A stretch of DNA of 63,701 nt, the filler included, from Octopus bimaculoides (taxonomy: Eukaryota): the NCBI RefSeq assembly GCF_001194135.2. It is 4 parts of 4 records of this genome, joined end to end, with 100 filler letters (N's around TTAATTAATTAA, not from the genome) between each part and the next. Parts side by side here need not be neighbours in the genome. Positions count along the whole stretch, not along the records: positions 43,218 to 60,831 come from NC_068996.1; positions 60,932 to 63,701 come from NC_068988.1; 2 more parts are not named here. The stretch is one strand, 5' to 3'. A model generated the notes under the pieces. It ran no database searches and was not told where the DNA came from. It worked only from the letters and a program-made list of their open reading frames with translations. Below, in pieces: positions 53,773 to 63,701 of this stretch (positions are counted from its first letter, which is position 1; each line of letters starts with the position of its first letter). The translations under genes and the position numbers were made by a program.

Positions 53773-54936
53773 CTGAAATGGTAGTCATTAAATATTTTAA
53801 AACGCTAGAAAATTTCAAGATGTATAAATTTTAAGCTTTCAACTTTAGAATAATACATAGGATTTAAAATAAAGTATAAAAATTAATACATCACATTTTT
53901 TTTTTTATGCATTTCAAGATATTAGGGAAAGAATAACAATTTCACTAAAAACCAAAATTCTTTGTCATCAAAAGGTTTATTGGGAAATTCTTGATTTATC
54001 ATTCAGTTCAATCCGGGATGTAGAAATATATCACTATGTTTCTTGCCTTCTTTGGTTTCATATAGATTAACCCTTTTGTTCTGAACCTACCTGTAGACCC
54101 TCAAAAAACAATTTTGTTATTACCAAACTGCTCATACCATGTGGGAAATTGTATGCATGAACCTTGATTTTATTTACTGCTGTGAGAACAGTGCTCACTG
54201 ATTTATGTCTACCAACCAATTTATTTGCAACCAGATGTTGCCCATGGATTATAGAGTATTGTAAACATGTTAGGTATAACTTTTTCAGTAAGCTGATGAA
54301 GCCACAATGACACCCTACTATCAATGGTGTCCCATCAAATACAAAATATTGATTCATCTTTTATATCTGTTTCTAGTTGTCTTACCAATAATAGCTCTTG
54401 GATCAAAGGTTAATCTTTGATGTAACAAACAAAACATTTTTATTGCTTAGCAAAGGGGACTTATCTAAATGTAAGCTAAGTATGTTGCACAATATATCTT
54501 TAATGTTATAGTATTCCACATTTCTGAAACATCTGTGATATGCATTTTTAGAGAAAAGACTACACACTTCTACTTCTTAATTTTCACAATTAAATCCCAC
54601 AAAAGAAAAAAAATGGAGATAAAAATTCCAGTTTATGCATGATATTTTCTTTTTACAAAATTTTTCGCTGTAAGAATACAGATAAATTATAGAATACCAC
54701 CCTTTACAAATGGTATTCAAAAAGCTACATTGGTAAGTTGATAAATGAAAAAGAAGCGTTTTATGCAACCAATCTAAATTCATGATTGTTTTAGAATAAA
54801 ATTGTGGAGCGTAATTCAGTTAGCAATATAGTAACAAAGGGTAAAGAAAGCAGATAACTTTCTTTAAAGTAAATTTGAGCTATGTTTACATCAAATTAAC
54901 ATTAAAAAAGGCAAATAACAAAATTATTAAGTATTT

Positions 54937-55500
54937 GTATGCTGTCAACTTAATGTGACAGTCCCCTGAAGGGAATAGTACTACTGTTGATTAGACCTAG
55001 GAAGCTGCACCGCTTCCTGTCGGCCTTGACACATTTCCCGTGTCCTTGTGTTTACAAGGGGAGACAAGTACCTCCACCCAGCTAAGCCTGCATCCAGAGA
55101 CATGTTACTGAGTCTTTGCTCGTCATCAGTCTGGAGTAGCATGACCTGCTAGTTGAAGATGCCTCTCAAGCTCTTGTAAACATAATTCTAGTGGAATACA
55201 TTTCTAAATCTCTGAAAGAGATTTATGCAGTAATGATACGATGAAGTAGTTGTATGCTGTCAATTTAATGTGACAGTCCCCTGAAGGGAATAATACTATT
55301 GTTGGTTAGACCTAGGAAGCTTATGTTTACAAGGGGGAGAAACAGGAAATGTGTCAAGGCCGACAAGAAGCAGTGCAGCTTCCTAGGTCTAACCAACAGT
55401 AGTATTATTCCCTTCAGAGGACTGTCACATTAAGCTGACAGAATACAACTACATCGTATCACTACTGCATAGATCTCTCTGAGAGATTTAGAAATGTATT
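54937..55500. repeat. Compound direct + inverted repeat in eIF4G intron
   Basis: 55195-55320 is the reverse complement of 55378-55500; 54937-55038 is the reverse complement of about 55345-55447. Confidence 0.88.
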
Positions 55501-56781
55501 ATTTCTAAATAAAATTATTGATTTGTAAGTTTGATACAAGCATACAATTTCTGATGAAGGGTAGTAAATTTAAAAGAAACCATACATGCTTGATACTTGT
55601 CTTATAACACTAAAAGATAAAGTCAATTTGATATGTACAGGATTTAAACTCAGCTATGTATAGGAATTTATATAAGCAATCTGCAAATCAGCTTTAAATT
55701 TCTCTTGATCATATCTGCCTTATTAAGAGCTCTGTAATTTACAGATTTTATGCGCAATTGTTGACAACTACTCTGTGTTGTCAAAAAGCTGTTTAAAATC
55801 AAGGTGCTACATTTCACTCTTGTAGAACATTTCAATATTTGCCAAAACAGAACTGCCAATCAGGTAAATGTAAAAGTTACAATAAAAAAGACAAAACCAA
55901 TGCATTACTTTCAAATCAACATCGCTATAAAAGCTTTTGCAAGAGATCTACAAAGAAACAATGTACATCTCACAAGAACAATTATATGTAACACAATAAT
56001 TATCTGAAGAACTAATGTAAAGATAAAATTAAGCCTAATGAGATTAATTAGAAACGAAAAGAAAAAGATTTGACAACTCCCAAACAAGTGGGAATAAACA
56101 GCCATTAAAAATTTGGTGTTTATAATAATATATCACATACCAAACTGAAGAACTAATTCAGCGAAATACATTTCCATCTGTCTTGTAGTCATGAAATAGC
56201 AATGTACAAATATTTGAACATCAACAGAAGAGACAGAAGCAATACTCATAGCACATTACAATGTTATGGCTCTGACTGCTACACAGAGGAAGCGATACGT
56301 TCCAACATCACTTCATTGTGAAGATAGCACTATGAAGGCATAGAAATGATTCTGGTATCAACAATTTTACTATCCTCATCCAGGAGGGAAGGGGTGCAGG
56401 GAACCTATATGTAAATGAAAATACCTTGGGAGATGAAGACAACAAGGTAATCATATTCAATATAGCATGCCTAAAAGAAGGCCGCTTACTATCTTTTATC
56501 TTTTACTTGTTTCAGTCATTAGATTGCAGCCATGCTGAGAGTGCCTTGAAGAATTTTTAGTCAAATAAATCAACTCCAGTATTCAATTTTTTTCTTAAGC
56601 CTGGCACATCTATCAGTGTCTTTTGCTAAACCATTAAGTTACAGGGGGTGTAAACACACCAACACTAGTTGTTCCACTCTCAAGGCTATAGTAGAATAAC
56701 TTGGCCTAGGTGCCGTGTAGTGGCACTGAACCTGGAACCAGGTAGTAAGGAAAGTTCTTACCACGCAGCCCCACCTGCACC

Positions 56782-56858
<77 letters not shown>

Positions 56859-59800
56859 ATATACACACACAAGCTTCATATATACACATGTACATTCATT
56901 TATAATGATACACACTCCCTTTCACTTACGTTCATTTGTCCATGTTAAACAATTAGTATTGAGCCATTGTTTTACAAAATGGAGACCCATCAGTTTTTCA
57001 ATTAACTTATCTCACATCTTTGAATGTGTTGAACTCGCAAACAATTTGTTGACAAGGTACAGTAAGATTTCATAAGCATTTTCACACACAACTTCATATA
57101 GTAGCCATCTATAAAATTCACCCCAGCTTTCAGTAGAAGACAACTGTCCAAGGTATCTCACAGTAGAACTGAACCAAACAGAGCAATTCAAAATGTGCAT
57201 CTACTGACAATTCAAACCAAAACCTTTATCAAGTCAAACACCTATACCCCAGGTATTACTTTAGAAGAACACTAAAAACTAAATCACCGAATGCAATAAG
57301 ATGAAACTATTGGGGGGGGGGGGGAGAATAAAACCCACAGATCATTTCAAATATCGCTCAAATTTATAAAAACTAATGTAAAAGGTATTACATGAGAAAA
57401 GTAATTACAGTTTTTTAATTAAAACATTTCACATGAAGTAACCCATTTTTGGGACAGATTAATCTACCCATTTTTATTTTATTGACATATAATAACTGGT
57501 ACCTCTGAAATAAAACAACTAGTTGACTTGTGCTTCAGAACTTGATGCAATCATGACTGAAGAGTCATGTAATTTCTAGCAGCCTTGACGTTAGGTGCAG
57601 CTTTTTATTCTTCAGAAAATATAAGCCTAGTTTAGCATTCATTTCCAAAACATAACCTATCACTTCTGCATTCAAAATTTGCTACAATGTGTAACCTCCT
57701 TTGTCAATATTTAAACAGTTAACTTGAAAAGCATCTATGACTTCTTTGTTGATGCTGATAGACTTATCTGTATGCTATGATTGTAATATTTCTTGAAATA
57801 CTCAAAGCAATCACCATACCAAAAAGTTCTCATTTTCAACAAGATAACCTTTTTTTTTCTTGTGAAGCAGATTAATATATAGCAGGTCATGCATCAGCAT
57901 AACTTGCAAAGTCTTTTCATATGTTTTAATTAACTATTCCTAGTTGATTTTGTAACAACTAAAGATGTTACATTTTGAGCACACAATTTGAATTTTCCAG
58001 CATATTAGAAGAGATGTTTGTCTGCAATCAACAACTTTTACCTTCACCTCAGTTTGCCATTACTGATTAAGCAAGAGGGATCAATAAAAGACTACCCTTT
58101 TAATTATTGTAACAGCTCATTTCCATAAGTTAATTCTTAGTTATATCCAATGATGACTTTGGCAATTTGATAACTCTTACAAAAGAATGTTATGCAGTGA
58201 AGTGTATTTCTTTACATCACCAGTTTCTGTGCTAAGAGAAAACAATACTCTTTGCAGTTCTGCTGAAGACCCTATGTAAACAGGCAAAAGCATGGCTGTA
58301 TGGCAGGGGTCAGAGAACTTTTTAACCAATCTTTCCCAAAATATATTTATTTACACAGATGTTACCTCATTGATTTGAAAAGAAAATCTTAGATTCTTTG
58401 AAGTCAAAAGGTTTACTGAATCTATTTATATAGAAAATACAATTATAAATATAAAAAGCAATAAAATAAATTAATATCCTCATTATGAAATAAAAGGATT
58501 TTTCTAGACTTCAGGTTTTGGAGAAACATTTAATTTTTGTTACAATTACATCAAAATTGGGGCATTTTGATGCCATAGTAATTTGGATAGTCTTTGGGGT
58601 CCAATCAATTTTGTTAAAGGGTGGAATTGAATAAGCACTTAAATCCACTTAAAGCAAAAACATGTCAAAAAGTAGGGTCAAGGTAGGTAATAGACAACTG
58701 ACAAATAATACCCTATTTAGTCACTTGACAATGCTTTAGCAACCAAATTGCATGTAGTTCAAAATGGCATGACATCTACACATACCCATTACATTGGACA
58801 GATGCAGTGTTGCCTACCCACAAGAATTTCATTTTCACCCTACTTGGGGTAATTTACCCTGGTTTGCCAACACCTGTTGCATGGTAAGAAGCTTGCTTCT
58901 CAACCATGTAGTCCTAGGTTCAGTCTCATTGTGCAGAACGTTGGATATGTCTTCTCATATAGCCCTGGGCCAACCAAAGCATGTTTTGAATATGTATATA
59001 CGTGTGTGCACGTGCGTTCCCCCCAACCCACCCCATCAGACAAATAAGCAGTTCAGCAAAGAGACCATTAGAATAAGTATTAGGTTTAAAAATATGTACT
59101 GGAGCCAGTTCAACTAAAAAATTTCTATGAGCAACAGACTGCTACAAATGTTAAGTGTCCAGAATAATGTGCTTCAATGTGTGGTTTATACTATTTTCAA
59201 TTGCCTCTTCATGTTATTCATACCTGTATATTATGTGCATGCATATATATATATATACACATCAGAAAGAGGGGGGGGGAACAGATAGACATTAGAAATC
59301 TGCAGAAAACAAAAAAAAAGCAATCTTTAACTATTTTAAAACTGCTTTCAAAAGTGACAACTCTTGCTGACGACAGTACCATCAGTCAATAGGAAATAAA
59401 TATGAAGGGAAAGTGACTACAATTAATATTTGCATACCAGGTAAAAATGCCTATAACTGAGAGCATTTCACAAAAACCAAAACACCATGAATGGAATAAT
59501 TGTAAACGAACAAAATGCAATTTTCAGAATAAACAAATATTGTCTGCAAGGCAGTAATAAATGGGCTATAAAAACTGTAAAAAGAAAGAAAAAAAACATT
59601 GAAATGGTATTTATTTTGATAAACAGCAATAACCTGAAACAAAGATAATCCAGAAACAATTCAATCTATATATGAGAAAGAGAGTTGTAAGATAGATATA
59701 CTTTTTCCAAACAAGAAAATGCTCTCAAGCTAATTGAATTGTAATAAGTCCAATTATCTGAAACACCTTGTGTTCAGGTCAAAATCAACTGAGTAATTTT

Positions 59801-60344
59801 ACAGTGAACACTTATTTTGATTTTATATCAGCTTTCCATCAGCAAACTGTACAAAGACAAGGAAATTTTAAAATCCATTTCTTCCTAACTAACTACATGT
59901 GAATGATAACACACAATTTGTGTAAACCTTTGCTTACAATAGTTCTATGGGTAGTGTAGTTCAGACAAATATGATAGACTGACACGCAGTTAGTTGAAAG
60001 GGTAAAAATGTTAAGAATATAGTGTGAGTTCTGAACTATTTACTGAATTTCAATGGTTAAAATGCAATGTGACCAGCTGCAATTCCATTTCAATGCAACA
60101 GAGAGCAGGCTCTTTTTAATAACTGCAGTGGCATAAAAGGAAAATGCCAATTTGCAAAGCAGTAACCTTTTCAATTCAGCTTATCCCAAAAATAATCATC
60201 ACAACTGCAATAAGAATGCCAAAACCAGAAGAAAACTTTACAGTGGATGGTCATTTAAATGACTTTCCAATATGTATTTTGTGACATAACATTATGCAGA
60301 GTGGGATGATTTTATAACTTTCATGAAAAATGTAACACTTTCAT

Positions 60345-60831
60345 AACTAACCCGGCCGTAGCTGGCCCAAAAATGTTTTGGTTCATAAGACCAACCCAGC
60401 CGAGAGTACCCATTGTTATTTAAATGTAAATTTAAACCCAAATCTCGTTAGTACATTCGTTAAAACATGTGATTTTACTTTGCAAACAGTTGAGTTATTG
60501 TATCTGACATTGTTTGGCATGATATTTGAACTCAGTGAACTTTGGAAGATTTTTTTCCACATTTTTTGCGGCGTTAATTTTTTTCAACTTTGAAGATGAA
60601 GAGAAGTTTCATGCTATCAAACAGTGATTCCGAATTTGAAGGTTTTTCAACAGAATAGAATGAATGAGCTACAAAAGCACGTGGTGAACGATAATGAATT
60701 GGATATTTCTTTATCCGAAACCGAAAGCGGCGACATTGACAGTGATGATGATTTTACACCAGAATGGAGTAAAAAATTTTTTTAATATTTTTATTAACAA
60801 TTTTTCTGAGGAGACAGGGTCTACCCATAGT
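60345..60831 (+). mobile_element. Second copy of the piggyBac-like family, cut by the gap
   Basis: Colinear similarity to 44690-45190; encodes MKRSFMLSNSDSEFEGFS. Confidence 0.55.
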
Positions 60832-60931
60832 NNNNNNNNNNNNNNNNNNNNNNNNNNNNNNNNNNNNNNNNNNNNTTAATTAATTAANNNNNNNNNNNNN
60901 NNNNNNNNNNNNNNNNNNNNNNNNNNNNNNN
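60832..60931. other. Artificial scaffold-join spacer
   Basis: 44 N + TTAATTAATTAA (60876-60887) + 44 N. Confidence 0.92.
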
Positions 60932-61032
60932 GACCATTGGTTAAGTTCTTCAATTCAAGATCGTAAGCTTGTGGTTTCGATTCCTGGCCCTCAATAATTC
61001 TAGTATGCCTCGGAAAGATAATTTTATATGTA

Positions 61033-61306
61033 TTGGTTGTTTTTTCGTACATTCTCCCACATATAATACACGCTCACGTGGTCGCACCAGCTAATTCTGT
61101 CTCCACTCATCAAACACGAACTTCTGGATTCTACCTTCTTTCATTCCGTGTTTTCCTCCTTGTTTTCTCCGTATTCTTTCTGTTGAAGAGCGTAGCTCGA
61201 AACGTTAAAGAATTTTTGTATTCCCGAGCCTCAAACTAATACCTCCTTTTGGTGTTTACACCCCCTGTCCTCGTCTATTGTTGTATTTTTTCGTACATTC
61301 TCCCAT
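61033..61306. mobile_element. Dispersed repeat with terminal direct repeats, possibly Penelope-derived
   Basis: ttttttcgtacattctccc occurs at both ends; internal tgaagagcgtagctcgaaacg. Confidence 0.35.
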
Positions 61307-61340
61307 ATATATGCATATATATATGTATGTATGTCTATGA

Positions 61341-61378
<38 letters not shown>

Positions 61379-62041
61379 GCATATACATATATATATATAC
61401 ATATATATTATATATATAAACATACTTATACACACACACACACTTATATATATATGTATATATATAATGAAGAATTAAATGGTATAATTATCTCCTTATA
61501 CAGCACAACTAAATAGCGCTCTAATAGAGTTTCATGAATATAAAGCCAGGAAAGAGAAAGCGAATTCCAAAGGTCAGTGTTCATATTCACTAAATATGTT
61601 TCAAAGTATCGGACAATTCCACAGTATACATAGTTTCATTCTTGTACATAAGATATATGAAAATTTATAAATATATAGAAATACATAATTGTACTTGCGA
61701 GTGTGTACGTCCATATTAAAATCAATGAGGATATTAAAATGTGTGGAGATGAATGTATAGCTGTAATCCAAGTAGATGAGAAAGTTGGTATAAAATAATT
61801 TTAAAAGGACTCTTGAACTGGTGCCAAGTCTGACGGCCGGTTCGAGAAGATACAGTTTGGTATGGGCGAGTTAAATCCAACCTTAACAATCATCTCTATT
61901 TCTGTCATCAGAGTTAATCTCAAGGATTTATAAAATTGTTATTTGAAGCTTAAAGTTTTATGCAGCATGAGAAATTTAAGAATTTTAAAAAATTGAATGT
62001 TGTGTCGGAACTTACTGTTCAAGCGGATATGTGTCATCTCC

Positions 62042-62112
<71 letters not shown>

Positions 62113-63701
62113 CATTTTTATAGCAACTAATCGACTCCACAAAATGTAACTACTGACCTCATATGAGCTGCCAACAGTGAGGATCTTTTCTTCACAAGAC
62201 TGTAGTCTGTAACACCACCCTCACTCAGTTAGATGGGACACTACACAAGAAAAGCAACACATAGTTTCAAGGGATGTTATACACAGCAAATGCAATCCTT
62301 CCGCTGCAGTGGTAGGGAAAAATCTGCTTACGTATGCTTCTTTATCTTGAGACTCCGTGACCCTAGAAGTAATCCACCAATCTGCACTATTCATCAACAG
62401 GAGGAATTAACTATTGTTGCCACCAGAGGTAAAATCTATAAATGAACATGAAGATATTGATCCTTCAGATTTATTACCATGTGAATATTAATCTCTGAAA
62501 GATAATCCTGCAAACATGTTGATCATCCTGCATCAGATGTAACCCGACAACATCAAAAATTGTGGCACATAAAGACTGATGCCGTTGTCTTAAGGCTACA
62601 TTGTCTTCATCCTGGGGTCCCGCGCCAAATTTCCAAAATATAGTGCGCAGTACCCAGTTCAATGACTGATATGGCTGGATACAACTATATTGCAGCCTAC
62701 CGCCAATGTCACAATAGCACCTTACCAATGTCCTGTCCGCTCACCTATAAATGATGAGAAAAAAAACCCATTGTGAGTTTCACAGTGTTGTCACCGAGTG
62801 ATCTGAACTAACCAATACAAGCGTAACATTTCGATTTATCTGTTGCCTCCCCTTCTTCTTCCAATAAATGACGAGATGCCACGTAATATCTCATCATAGG
62901 GAGATGAATCAAAATGTTATTAAATATGTATGTAATATCCACTTCTTGATTGCCACTTTTTTCAATCGCTAGTAAATATTTTTGTGTTTGTATGTAAAGA
63001 TAGATTGGTATGTATATTGAAAGATATATTCATAGATACATAGATAGATCGATAGATGAATAGATAACTGTTCGTGTTACAGGATAAATGTCTGTGTAAA
63101 AATATGTGTGAGAGAGAAAAGAGAAACACACTGAGAAATAATATGCAGACATATACAAATATTTGTTTATATATTTTTGTATGCTGTAAATGTTTTGTAG
63201 TCTGTAACATATATGTATATTTAAGGTGTTTGCTTGCATTCATATAAGAACATCGTACTCACACAAAACCACACACAAACTGAGACTCATACACAGACAA
63301 ACAAACACATATATCAATATGTGATTCTGTGTATGCTTACGTGGGTTAGGTTTTTCACTATTAATGAACAGTCTCAGAAATTGTTATCAATTACGATAGA
63401 GTACGTGAGACAAGAATTCACAGCAGACTATATGTCAATGCCAATGTGTATTTTCTTCATCCCGTGGGTCCCTCAAATCACGCAAGCATTGATGACCTCA
63501 CAAAATCCACATAAATAGACTTGGTTATGAGCATTTATCATACAGTGCCCCCCAAATGATCACTTGAACTCTATAACACGCACGCACACACATACGCGGG
63601 AGTATACCTGTGTATGTAAGACAAAAAAGTATGTGCAAGCATGAATGCGTACACGCAATCACAACCGCATATATAAAGATGTTCCTATATATATATATAT
63701 A

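Noticed and set aside
45990-56340. Intronic snoRNA candidates in eIF4G (e.g. about 48535-48570, 53980-54050, 56250-56360)
   Set aside because: None has a complete, correctly spaced C/D or H/ACA box set that I could verify.
57010-59460. Several short AG...GT windows on the minus strand as eIF4G 5' exons
   Set aside because: Weak splice sites, stops or no eIF4G-like content; indistinguishable from chance without transcripts.

Overview
Eukaryotic, AT-rich, microsatellite-saturated DNA with many N gaps. The SINE and simple-repeat landscape suggests an octopus/cephalopod draft assembly (inference). Three identical 100-nt spacers (44 N + TTAATTAATTAA + 44 N) divide the window into four independently assembled blocks: 1-26877, 26978-43117, 43218-60831 and 60932-63701. 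Block 1 holds the 3' part of a cAMP-dependent protein kinase catalytic subunit gene (+ strand). Its exons have the vertebrate PRKACA exon 4-10 sizes, and the 127-nt catalytic-loop exon is present twice (4006-4132 and 5073-5199), consistent with mutually exclusive splicing. Block 3 holds the N-terminal half of an eIF4G gene (- strand): nine phase-compatible exons with the PABP-binding and eIF4E-binding motifs, plus a candidate 21-nt microexon. No MIF4G/MA3/W2 exons were found. Blocks 2 and 4 contain only repeats (LINE remnants, SINEs, a near-perfect palindrome). Most ORFs in the supplied track are microsatellite or N artefacts. No rRNA, genuine tRNA or CRISPR array was found. All coordinates were counted by hand; repeat boundaries are approximate.
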